Virus record (IMG/VR): IMGVR_UViG_3300028534_000016
Span: 92,152 to 138,469 of that record
Direction: 5' to 3' (one strand)
From: a virus
DNA length: 46,318 bases
Each line of letters starts with the position of its first letter. Position 1 is the stretch's first letter. Shown here in pieces: positions 29,112 through 38,460 of this stretch. The notes under the pieces were generated by a model, which worked only from the letters and a program-made list of their open reading frames with translations, searched no databases and was not told where the DNA came from. A program made the position numbers and the translations under genes.

Positions 29112-29915
29112 TTACTTAATAGTTAATTCGAGACTACCTATCTCGATACTTCTTAAAATATTGTCATTAGTTAATAGATACATAGTAGTATCTATATTTA
29201 CTTCTACAAAGTAATTAATCACACAGTTATTAACTTCAGGATATTCATCTACAGTATCTTCTATACCACTACAAATACCAATTTCTGTTAATGGGTATAC
29301 TTCACCATATTTTATCAGCATAGCGTCATTCATATCTTTTAGTTCATCTTGATCTAAACTAAATTCTACCTTAACTGTTTTAGCAGTATATGTTCTATTA
29401 TCTATATCCAAATAATCTTCTACTAATCTAGGTATAGGATTTAAGAATTCACTACTATTAGTATTTAAAAATTCTAATGTATGTACATCAGACCTGCTAC
29501 TAATTTCAAATAATCCATCTCTACAAGTATATCCTGTAAATGCTTTTGCATAATAAACAACATACTCTATTCCGTTAATTATCTCTAATCTTCTTAATCT
29601 GTATTTGATTCTATCTTCTGGTAATAAATCATTGTCTAATGTTCTTATTACAAAAGGAACATGTTTAAACAAAGCAGCATCTATACTTCTGTGTTTACTA
29701 AACTTATAAGCGCTATCATCTATAATATCATTACCGCCTATACCTACTACGATATAGTTTAGTTTAGGGTATGTTCCCTCGGGAATATCTTTTAAAGGTA
29801 ATATTTGGAATTTCTCATTCAAGGTAGTGTTCACTAACGATTTATGTGGTTTACCTAATAACATATCCATTTGTAAATTAATCCCATACATAGTACGTTG
29901 ACTGTTAATAATCAT
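29112..29915 (-). CDS. Virion structural protein (phiKZ gp139-like)
   Basis: NTTLNEKF, GIGG, H...DAALFKHVPFVIR...NDL...R..YRLR, EIGICSG. Adjacent to the resolvase. Confidence 0.7.
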   Translation of the reverse strand: MIINSQRTMYGINLQMDMLLGKPHKSLVNTTLNEKFQILPLKDIPEGTYPKLNYIVVGIGGNDIIDDSAYKFSKHRSIDAALFKHVPFVIRTLDNDLLPEDRIKYRLRRLEIINGIEYVVYYAKAFTGYTCRDGLFEISSRSDVHTLEFLNTNSSEFLNPIPRLVEDYLDIDNRTYTAKTVKVEFSLDQDELKDMNDAMLIKYGEVYPLTEIGICSGIEDTVDEYPEVNNCVINYFVEVNIDTTMYLLTNDNILRSIEIGSLELTIK

Positions 29916-30001
29916 TTTAAAAATCCTTAAGTTATTTCAATCATATCTAAAAAACTCAATAGTTAGTTAACTAAAGTAGGGTTACCTACTCTAGTCACTA
30001 T

Positions 30002-30862
30002 TTAATTTCTAGCAAATTGTTTAATGTTTTTAACCGTATTTACCATAGTGTCATTTTCTTTCATTAGAATGTAATAAACACTAATGCTGTTAGTAATCAA
30101 TTTAGCTACTTGTTCTAACCCATTACTTAATACTAATAAACTTTGTTTACTAGCTTTATCGATATCTTTATCACTCATAGCTTCATATAATGCTTCTACT
30201 TTTTCAGTAATCTTATCTATCTCTTCTTCTACTTTTTTAAGTGTCTTTTCATTAATCTTTTTGTTAACATCTATCAGTTGTTTATTAACAACATTTAAAC
30301 TATTCACATTAGGAATTAATTCACCAACAGTAAATACTTCTTTAGTGCTTTTACTATCGATAACATCTTCTACTATTTGCCCTAAAGCAATTTGTGCTCT
30401 CATTACGTAATCAAAATCGTAACTCTTTCTAACACTCTTTCTGAACTCTTCATCAGCTAGCATCTTACTAACAACACTATCTAATTCATCTAGACTCTTA
30501 AGTAGATTCTCGTTAATAATATCAACACCTTTATTAACACTACCAGTCAAGTCTAATAGGTTAACTTTTAACCCCATAATAGTACTTACTTCAATAGGTC
30601 TAATTGTACTAAAAGAGTATTTCTTTTCTATCTCGTTAATATCTTTACTTAGTTTAAATAGTTGTTTACCATTAAAGTTCATATTCTTTAATTCATCACC
30701 ATTACTTCTAAATATGTTAACAAATGATTCTATCTTACTACTAAAGAAATCACTAATGCTTTTAAATACATCACCTATTCCTTCATTACTAAGTACAGAT
30801 GCTCTGTATGTTAAGTTAGGTACTTTGTTTAAGTTACTCAATCTATGTTTATTAATGTTCAT
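30002..30862 (-). CDS. Putative internal head protein
   Basis: Helical 286-aa protein with an N-terminal LSNEG motif matching the S-X-E prohead protease site. Confidence 0.5.
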   Translation of the reverse strand: MNINKHRLSNLNKVPNLTYRASVLSNEGIGDVFKSISDFFSSKIESFVNIFRSNGDELKNMNFNGKQLFKLSKDINEIEKKYSFSTIRPIEVSTIMGLKVNLLDLTGSVNKGVDIINENLLKSLDELDSVVSKMLADEEFRKSVRKSYDFDYVMRAQIALGQIVEDVIDSKSTKEVFTVGELIPNVNSLNVVNKQLIDVNKKINEKTLKKVEEEIDKITEKVEALYEAMSDKDIDKASKQSLLVLSNGLEQVAKLITNSISVYYILMKENDTMVNTVKNIKQFARN

Positions 30863-31102
30863 GTTATTCCCTTACTACTGTAATTGTATATGTAATCATT
30901 CAATATGTATATAGCTATAGTAACTATATATTTTAATATAAAATAATAAAACTAATATATAGATACATGTAGCTACTATACTTCTATTCTATTTAATAAT
31001 AATTAAATAAAGATAGCATGCTATCATAGCTATATACTCTATCTATATATAAATATTATTAATAAATGCTTCTATTATAGCTATATGCTACTATATAACG
31101 GA

Positions 31103-31133
31103 TATATACTTCCTATAATATAGGAAGTATATA
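31103..31133. repeat. Inverted repeat in the divergent intergenic region
   Basis: TATATACTTCCTATA-A-TATAGGAAGTATATA. Confidence 0.8.
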
Positions 31134-31278
31134 GGCATCAAAACACCCCTCCCCCACGGTTCCCCTCTTTGGAGATCCTCATATAATACTAAATACATTT
31201 AAAAAGTTATTTAATCTAAAAAAATAATTATTTCTATAACAAGTATTAAGTAGAAGATAATAACAAGAAGGAATTATA

Positions 31279-32706
31279 ATGTCATTACGTTTTAATGTAA
31301 AGAAAAGAGTTACACCTAAGATACTAATCAATATTGGTGCATTATTTGATGTACCTACAGGAACATACATTACTGGAGCTAAAGGAGAAAGTATTCTTAA
31401 TGGTGGTCTAGGACAGAACACAGGTATAGTAGGTGGCGGTAATAACTTTAAATCAACTACACTACACTACTCTATGTTATCAGCAGCTAATAGAATATTT
31501 GCTACAGCAGAAACAGCTATGTCTACATACGACACTGAAGTTAATATATCTATCGATAGACTAGAAGCATTAGCTAATAGATTTGAATATATTCCTAAAA
31601 ATCCTATCACTGGACCAGAAGCATGTTGGACCCTTACAGATAAATCTTTAGAGTATGCTGATAAATGGTTTGATGATATCTTAGCTTATGCTGAAGAAAA
31701 AGAGAAAGATAAAAGTATTAGAGTAAAGTTAACTGCTTTTAAAGACCCATATACCGGTGGTCCGTTAGAAATCATCTTACCTACATTTGTAGAGATAGAT
31801 AGTTTATCAGAATTTGAACCAGAGTCTACTGTTGATATGGTAGATAAAAATATCGATGATAGTAATACTCTATTTATGAAACAAGGTTTATTTAAAACTA
31901 AAGTACTTTCAGCGTTACCTAGAGTAAGTAATGGTTCAAATACATATTTCTTATTAACAGCACAAATTGGTGAAAAGATAGATATGGCTACTGGTCCTGC
32001 TAAGTACCAACAACCATCTAAAAAATTACAACACTTAAAAGCAGGAGATACTATTAAGGGTGTTAGTGGTAAGTTCTTTTACTTATTAAACAATGCTTGG
32101 TTTGCTCATACTGCTTCAGTGCTCAAGAATCCTACTACTAAGTTAGCAGAGTACCCTAAAGATAGTAATGATACCCTAGAAACAGATTTAAATATTGTAA
32201 GAATGACACAACTTAGAAGTAAATCAGGTCCATCTGGTTATACACTAGAAATAGTAGTTTCGCAAACTGAAGGAATTATTGATTACTTAACAGAATTTCA
32301 CCACATTAAAACAAATGGCAGATTTGGTTTAGAGGGTAATGATAGAAGTTATGCTTTAGTGTTAGTTCCTGATGTTAAGTTAGGAAGAACTACTGTTAGA
32401 ACTAAATTATCAGAATCTTATAAATTAAGAAGAGCAGTTAATATTCTTTCTGAACTTTTACAAATGCATAAATTCCATCATAATTTAAAAAATGAAGATT
32501 TATTATGTACACCTGAAGAACTATATAAAGATTTAAAAGATATGGGTTATGATTGGGACATTCTTTTAGATACTAGAGGATGGTGGGCTGTTGACCAATA
32601 TAATAAAAAGATTAAACCATTCTTATCTACCATGGACTTATTAAAAATGAGAAAAGGAATGTATGTTCCTTACTGGTATGATAAAAGTAAATTAAAGACA
32701 AAATAA
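31279..32706 (+). CDS. uvsX: UvsX/RecA-like recombinase (phiKZ gp152-like)
   Basis: INIGALFDVPTG, Walker A GGGNNFKST, YDTE, Walker B VEIDSLS, LRSKSGPSG, SQTEG. Confidence 0.85.
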   Translation: MSLRFNVKKRVTPKILINIGALFDVPTGTYITGAKGESILNGGLGQNTGIVGGGNNFKSTTLHYSMLSAANRIFATAETAMSTYDTEVNISIDRLEALANRFEYIPKNPITGPEACWTLTDKSLEYADKWFDDILAYAEEKEKDKSIRVKLTAFKDPYTGGPLEIILPTFVEIDSLSEFEPESTVDMVDKNIDDSNTLFMKQGLFKTKVLSALPRVSNGSNTYFLLTAQIGEKIDMATGPAKYQQPSKKLQHLKAGDTIKGVSGKFFYLLNNAWFAHTASVLKNPTTKLAEYPKDSNDTLETDLNIVRMTQLRSKSGPSGYTLEIVVSQTEGIIDYLTEFHHIKTNGRFGLEGNDRSYALVLVPDVKLGRTTVRTKLSESYKLRRAVNILSELLQMHKFHHNLKNEDLLCTPEELYKDLKDMGYDWDILLDTRGWWAVDQYNKKIKPFLSTMDLLKMRKGMYVPYWYDKSKLKTK

Positions 32707-32903
32707 TGCGAATAGAAATAGTAGAAGAAAAATTTGCATGGTTACCCACTAGAGTTTATAGGTTTCCGCATACTCCTGCTATTTCAGCAGGATTTACGAT
32801 ATGGCTACAGCCATATAAAGTAGTTGCAATATATGATGTTAAACACAGTAAATGTATTTGTGATTATATAAAAATAAATATGATAGGAATAGAAAATGGC
32901 TGA
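32706..32903 (+). CDS. Hypothetical protein (65 aa)
   Basis: TAATG coupling to uvsX, FAWLP motif. Confidence 0.55.
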   Translation: MRIEIVEEKFAWLPTRVYRFPHTPAISAGFTIWLQPYKVVAIYDVKHSKCICDYIKINMIGIENG

Positions 32904-33597
32904 ACAACAAGATGTCGAAATATATGAAACAGAAGAGATGTTAAAAAAGAAACAAGAAGAGTTATTAGAATCTGGTAACTGGGTTTATCTTATGAAATTA
33001 GATGAGCCTATTGTTACTGGTACAGTATACTCTTTAGAGTGTTTATTGGATTTATTTAAAGTTGATATGGAGACACTTAAGAAAGGTGTCGATGTACGCA
33101 TGGGTACAGAAATAGAAACACCTAAACCAGTAGATGAAAATATAGACCAAGAGTTCTATAAAAGATACGCTACTGTCGATACTAATATGTGTACAGGTTT
33201 GATTAGTAAAATAAGACTAGTAGAAGATGATAATGATGGTTACCATATTGAGGGATACTATATTCCTATTCCTGGTAAATTAGAATCTGATGAACTAACA
33301 TTTTTACCTAGAGCATTTGGTAAAGAAAAAGATAGTAAACAATGTCTTACTACACTAATAACATTTGATGTGTTCTATGCAGGTAAAACTATTAAGACTC
33401 CTGATGAATACCACAGTATTAAAATGTTAGAACGACTTAATGGTATGGGTGAAGATGAATTAAGAAATGTAGCAAAAGCTACTATGTCCACAGAATCACC
33501 TAAACCTAAACAACAAAATAAAACAGATAAACCAAAACGTGATAAACGTAAAGCTAAATTAGCTAAACTTTCAAAACAAAAAAATCGGAGAAAATAA
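32896..33597 (+). CDS. Hypothetical protein with basic C-terminal tail
   Basis: 233-aa ORF, AGGA RBS. Confidence 0.7.
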   Translation: MAEQQDVEIYETEEMLKKKQEELLESGNWVYLMKLDEPIVTGTVYSLECLLDLFKVDMETLKKGVDVRMGTEIETPKPVDENIDQEFYKRYATVDTNMCTGLISKIRLVEDDNDGYHIEGYYIPIPGKLESDELTFLPRAFGKEKDSKQCLTTLITFDVFYAGKTIKTPDEYHSIKMLERLNGMGEDELRNVAKATMSTESPKPKQQNKTDKPKRDKRKAKLAKLSKQKNRRK

Positions 33598-33962
33598 TGA
33601 TTGATAAAACTGCATTCAGCATGTTTAACATGCCGCCACAACCAAATGACCCTAACTTAGTAGAACTTATTAAGTTACACCTAGAAGCTGCTGAAGCTCC
33701 TGATGAAGCACAAGCATTTCTTTCTATACCAGAGATACAAAATGTTATGAATCTTAATCCTGTTTCACAAAGAGTAATCATTAACAGAGTATTGACTACT
33801 GTATTATTAAAATTACGTGCTATGGAAGAAACAGTAGTTATTCATATGGTTCCATTATTGGCTAATGATGGTTTATTGGAAGACTGGATTACTTTGATGA
33901 AAGAATTTGTTATTCCATTCTTAGTATCTAATAAGGTATTAACTAAAGTAACAAATAATTAA
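33597..33962 (+). CDS. Hypothetical protein
   Basis: 121 aa, TAATG coupling, GGAG RBS. Confidence 0.7.
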   Translation: MIDKTAFSMFNMPPQPNDPNLVELIKLHLEAAEAPDEAQAFLSIPEIQNVMNLNPVSQRVIINRVLTTVLLKLRAMEETVVIHMVPLLANDGLLEDWITLMKEFVIPFLVSNKVLTKVTNN

Positions 33963-33970
33963 CATAAGGA

Positions 33971-34741
33971 ATGATTATGGAAGACGCACAAAGTGTAAGA
34001 ATGGCTTATCTTGGAAAAGATGAGTCAGATAAAAATATTGATAATAAAAGAGCAATAACTATACATATATCAAGTGGTATACCATTTGTTATGGTAGACG
34101 ATAGAATAGTGAATGATTATACTGTTAACGCAACTACAGTAGATGCTAAAGCAAGTGATACTGACATCATCAATACATTAGTTGATCCTGATATGGATGA
34201 TAGATATACGTATATTTGTGAAACGAAATCATCTATTACTAAAAACATAGTTAGACTTTATTATGATGCAAAATATGAAGATATTATTGTCGTGCCGGAT
34301 ACTACTATGTTAGGCACCAGTGATTTAAGCGACCCTAATTCTAATCAACAATTTGATTTGATTGGTTACGTAATTGGTGGTGGTGATGTTGTTAAAGACG
34401 GTATCTGGCCAGGTACAGTTAATCCAAAACCTACTTTTAAATTACCTACTACAAACAAAAATTTAACATCTACACATATGGGTGTTTTATTAAATGGAGT
34501 AGCACCTACTATGGGTGGTAGAAAAGGTGTTTATTATGTAGACGATGCAGGTACATATCGTTTAGCAGATAATAGAAGATTACCTGTGGGTCTTTTAGAC
34601 TTAGGAAATATTGCAGATATATTTGGTCAAGATGTTACTGTACCAGTATATACAGTATACCAAGGTACTACTGATATGTATAAAGTAAAATATTTAGGCT
34701 TTAAATCAGTAACTAAAGCATATATCTTACTGGACTTCTAA
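33971..34741 (+). CDS. Hypothetical protein
   Basis: 256-aa ORF, AAGGA RBS (start may be the second ATG). Confidence 0.7.
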   Translation: MIMEDAQSVRMAYLGKDESDKNIDNKRAITIHISSGIPFVMVDDRIVNDYTVNATTVDAKASDTDIINTLVDPDMDDRYTYICETKSSITKNIVRLYYDAKYEDIIVVPDTTMLGTSDLSDPNSNQQFDLIGYVIGGGDVVKDGIWPGTVNPKPTFKLPTTNKNLTSTHMGVLLNGVAPTMGGRKGVYYVDDAGTYRLADNRRLPVGLLDLGNIADIFGQDVTVPVYTVYQGTTDMYKVKYLGFKSVTKAYILLDF

Positions 34742-35350
34742 ATGATTGAACAATATCAGAAATTAGTAAGAGAACACTTTAAAAAAGAACTTATGATAAA
34801 TGATGATGCGCATGGTTTAGAACATTGTGATGCGGTGCTACGCAAGATGTACCGTGTTAAAAAACATTTTAATTTAGTAGTAAATGAAAAACTTATGATA
34901 ATGGCTGCTTATATACATGATTTAAAATGCCATGAATCAAGAGAACACCATCATACTCTATCAGCAGAATGGGTAAAGAATAATGCAGATAAAGATTTTT
35001 TCTTAATGGATCTAAGCACTAAAGAAATAGTTGAGTTATATACTGCTATATCTGAACACAGAAGTAGATTAAATTGTGGCTTAACCAACACATTATCCGT
35101 AGTCTTAAATACTGCTGATAAAGATGAGCCCAGGTTAGATTTAATACTCTATCGTTCATTACAGTACAATAATGACCCATTAAGAGTATACGAACACATT
35201 ATAGATAAATATAGTCGTAAAGGTTATATTAAATATACTAAATGGTATATTGATTTCTACGGTAAAGAATCTTTAGAGAAACTTTATTCTGATATTGATA
35301 AATTAACTATTGAAGATGTTATTAAATTTAAAGAAGAGCATAATATGTAA
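34742..35350 (+). CDS. HD-domain phosphohydrolase
   Basis: HGLEH, AAYIHD, HH..SA, ISEHR, ADK motifs. Confidence 0.82.
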   Translation: MIEQYQKLVREHFKKELMINDDAHGLEHCDAVLRKMYRVKKHFNLVVNEKLMIMAAYIHDLKCHESREHHHTLSAEWVKNNADKDFFLMDLSTKEIVELYTAISEHRSRLNCGLTNTLSVVLNTADKDEPRLDLILYRSLQYNNDPLRVYEHIIDKYSRKGYIKYTKWYIDFYGKESLEKLYSDIDKLTIEDVIKFKEEHNM

Positions 35351-35376
35351 CTAGTAGCTTATAAGCTACTAGTTAC
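35347..35376. terminator. Perfect 30-bp palindrome between convergent genes
   Basis: GTAACTAGTAGCTTA/TAAGCTACTAGTTAC, overlapping both stop codons. Confidence 0.78.
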
Positions 35377-36041
35377 TATAGGTTATTTTTTATATGTTGT
35401 GCTTTCAAATATGTTGAAAATGTTTTTGTAGAAACTACTCCGGTAGAGTATTGATTAATTACTTCTTGCGAAGCAGTACCTTGTCTCATGAGTAGTGTCG
35501 ATAACGCACTCTTGGCACCTAAGTCACCACCTCTTATCTTCATAAGTTCATCTAGTGATTCTTTAAATCCCATACCTGCAAGTACTTGTATTTCAGGCAT
35601 AGTTAATTTACTACCTTTACTTTTACCAGTAACTTGTCCTGTGGTTAAATCTATTGACTTATCGTCAATAGGTATACTAATCTTCTTAGTCAATAACTGT
35701 GCAGCTCTTCTAACTGGTAAACTCAATACACAGAACTCAATAGGTGTTTTGTAATCAGGTAAATTTCTATCGCCAGAGACTAATAGTTTCTGGAAAAAGT
35801 TATATCCTAATTCTTTACCTATTTTAAAGTTTCTTTCTACATTTAAATTAGTTTTTCCAGTATTAGGTACAACTACTGATAGTGTTAGTTTTTTATTCTT
35901 TAACTTTAGCATAAATTCTTCAAACTCTTTATCATTCATTCTTTTGAATAAATCTTGATAAAGTTTCTTATTTTCACCGCCTGGAGCAATCTTATCGATA
36001 TACTCCAGTATTAACTTTTCAGTTGCTTTTCTTTTACTCAT
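35376..36041 (-). CDS. Virion RNA polymerase beta subunit, C-terminal part (phiKZ gp149-like)
   Basis: LPVRRAAQLL.KKISIP, DLTTGQVTGKSKGSKLTMPE, ELMKIRGGD. Confidence 0.85.
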   Translation of the reverse strand: MSKRKATEKLILEYIDKIAPGGENKKLYQDLFKRMNDKEFEEFMLKLKNKKLTLSVVVPNTGKTNLNVERNFKIGKELGYNFFQKLLVSGDRNLPDYKTPIEFCVLSLPVRRAAQLLTKKISIPIDDKSIDLTTGQVTGKSKGSKLTMPEIQVLAGMGFKESLDELMKIRGGDLGAKSALSTLLMRQGTASQEVINQYSTGVVSTKTFSTYLKAQHIKNNL

Positions 36042-36043
36042 AA

Positions 36044-38365
36044 TTATTCTCCTATTTCAACAGTTACAGTAGGTGCTGTAGGAACTGCATTAATTTCTTC
36101 ATATGTAGGGTCATCGTTATATGTAATACCGTCACCTGTCTCTTTAGATGTTGCGTCAGTAGTATCTCCTAACTCATTAACATATAATACATTGTTTTTA
36201 TTCAAATCATCTATTTCCATTTTTGGTCTATAGTAATCAATAATGTCACAAAGTATTTCTACAGTTACCGTAGGTTCAAACATAACAGCATTAATATCTT
36301 TATATGTATCTTCACTATAACTAATAGCATCAAAACAATTTCCTCTAGTTATACTATAACCAGGACCAGTGTCAAATGCTACTGGACCATCTGTAAAGTC
36401 ATTAGCAGTACTTTTAGTCCAAGCAAAATTAGGTTCTAAAGCATGATCTATTTCTGCTTCTAGTACTTTAATTATACCAACTTTAGTATTATTAATATTC
36501 AAATGGTTATATTGTGTAGTTATAGGGTCATCATCTTCTACATTTTTGGTTATTTGTGTAGTATAACTAGTTAATTTATTAACTATGTTAATAAAACTTT
36601 GAATATATCTGTCTAAGATACCAAATCTATCTATGTCTATCCCAGTAAATGTTTTAAGTAATTCCACGATAGCTAAATAATGATCGTAGCTACCTGTAGT
36701 ATCTATATCTATATTGTTTTGTAAAAGTAATTCTGTTGGAGTATACGCTACGTTATCTTCTGTTAAGGTGATTGTTCCTCTTTTAAGAATTATTTCGTTT
36801 ACGGTCTTTACAGTAGTGATTAACGTAGTGTTATTTATATTACTAGTAATTACATTGTTAGATATATAATATTTTACTACATTGTTAATATAGTCTTTAA
36901 ACACAGATACGTGTTCGATATTTTCTGGGTATTTAGGAATAAGATCTAATAATGTATTTAATATATACTCATTATCATCAGGAGATAAAGTATTTCTGTT
37001 TAATTCTTCGTATGTTACTGTATCGTCCAATAATGAAAAATATGTATATGTCTGTATTTTCTTATTAATATCAAACATATCCATCATTAATTTAAATAAC
37101 ATATGTACTGCAGTTTTAGGTGTTAAATTGTAATATATATTAGTATTGGGGTCCCTATACGGAACAACACTAACATTATCTGTTGTATAACCGTAATAAA
37201 CAAAATTATCAAATAGCACCTGTACCAATACATCGTTGTCTATTTTAAATATATTAAAACTATTAATGTCTAGTAATTTGGTATCTTGTTTATTCAGGTT
37301 AGGATTACTTAATTCTTTCTCTACGATATTAATATAGTAGTCTATGCTATTTTTAACAATATCAGTATCTATAGTAGAATCATTAGTCATTTCAGAAGTT
37401 ACTACAGAACTGATGCTTCTGTTTAAGTTATCATCATTGTTATAATAACTATTGAGTGCTTTACTAATTAATCTAACTTCTGCTTGATCAAATACTGGTT
37501 TGCTAAAATCGTTATAGTTATCAGTATTTAGAGTTAAATCAGATTTATCTAAAATAATTTCACCTATACCAAGTTGATTACCACTAAATAATTTATCTAC
37601 GATAATATTTAAAGTTTCTTCTTTACCAACATGCTTCATTAAGTATCGTACGTTATTGTATAGCCATATTTTCGATTGGTTATTCAATACTTGAATATCA
37701 TCCCATATATCTAAATGACTTCTAAAGTATTGTTCCATATGATAACTGTGTGCTTCATTAGTTAAAGATTTATTAATTCTTATATTTAAAATCTTATTAA
37801 CTAAACTACCATATAACACACCTAACATACCGCTAAGGTAAAGTTCATCTGTTATGGTATAATCTTTAATATGCCATCTTAATAAAAAGTTTTGTATATG
37901 GGTCTCTAACTCTCTTATTAAACTATACTCTTGTTCTTCTACGTAAAATTTATTATAATTTAATATAGTTCCATTAGTAGCATTTATAGCAGCATCAATA
38001 TCTACAGGATACAACATACCTTTGATATACGATTCGTCATTAGGGTATTTTAATAAAAGATTTTTATAAGCATCGTTGTCAGTTACTAATGATTTATATG
38101 TAACAGGATAATCCGTAGCTATAGTATTTGTTAGTACTACATATTGTGTAGTTTCTAAAGAATATACTTCTATATTTTGTGTATTGGTTTCATGCGGTAA
38201 TCCAGCTAAATTTAAATAATATTTCCACAAATGTTTATCTGCAGGAATAGTAAAACCGTTAAATAGTAATCCATTGTTTATAGCTATAGCTATATCGTCT
38301 AATTTAATAACGATACTCTTAGCTAGTTTAATGGTATTTTTTATATATGTATCATTTACATTCAT
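36044..38365 (-). CDS. Virion structural protein (phiKZ gp128-like)
   Basis: WKYYLNLAG..H, GMLYPVD, EAHSYH, LYNNVRYL..H.GK, SYT.Q. Divergent from the portal gene. Confidence 0.7.
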   Translation of the reverse strand: MNVNDTYIKNTIKLAKSIVIKLDDIAIAINNGLLFNGFTIPADKHLWKYYLNLAGLPHETNTQNIEVYSLETTQYVVLTNTIATDYPVTYKSLVTDNDAYKNLLLKYPNDESYIKGMLYPVDIDAAINATNGTILNYNKFYVEEQEYSLIRELETHIQNFLLRWHIKDYTITDELYLSGMLGVLYGSLVNKILNIRINKSLTNEAHSYHMEQYFRSHLDIWDDIQVLNNQSKIWLYNNVRYLMKHVGKEETLNIIVDKLFSGNQLGIGEIILDKSDLTLNTDNYNDFSKPVFDQAEVRLISKALNSYYNNDDNLNRSISSVVTSEMTNDSTIDTDIVKNSIDYYINIVEKELSNPNLNKQDTKLLDINSFNIFKIDNDVLVQVLFDNFVYYGYTTDNVSVVPYRDPNTNIYYNLTPKTAVHMLFKLMMDMFDINKKIQTYTYFSLLDDTVTYEELNRNTLSPDDNEYILNTLLDLIPKYPENIEHVSVFKDYINNVVKYYISNNVITSNINNTTLITTVKTVNEIILKRGTITLTEDNVAYTPTELLLQNNIDIDTTGSYDHYLAIVELLKTFTGIDIDRFGILDRYIQSFINIVNKLTSYTTQITKNVEDDDPITTQYNHLNINNTKVGIIKVLEAEIDHALEPNFAWTKSTANDFTDGPVAFDTGPGYSITRGNCFDAISYSEDTYKDINAVMFEPTVTVEILCDIIDYYRPKMEIDDLNKNNVLYVNELGDTTDATSKETGDGITYNDDPTYEEINAVPTAPTVTVEIGE

Positions 38366-38460
38366 AACATACCCTTCTGTTGTTTCTTCAAAGAAATGAG
38401 CTTTTTAAACAGAAATATTAAAGAGAAGGTAATATATTGAACATAATATAAAGGCACAAT

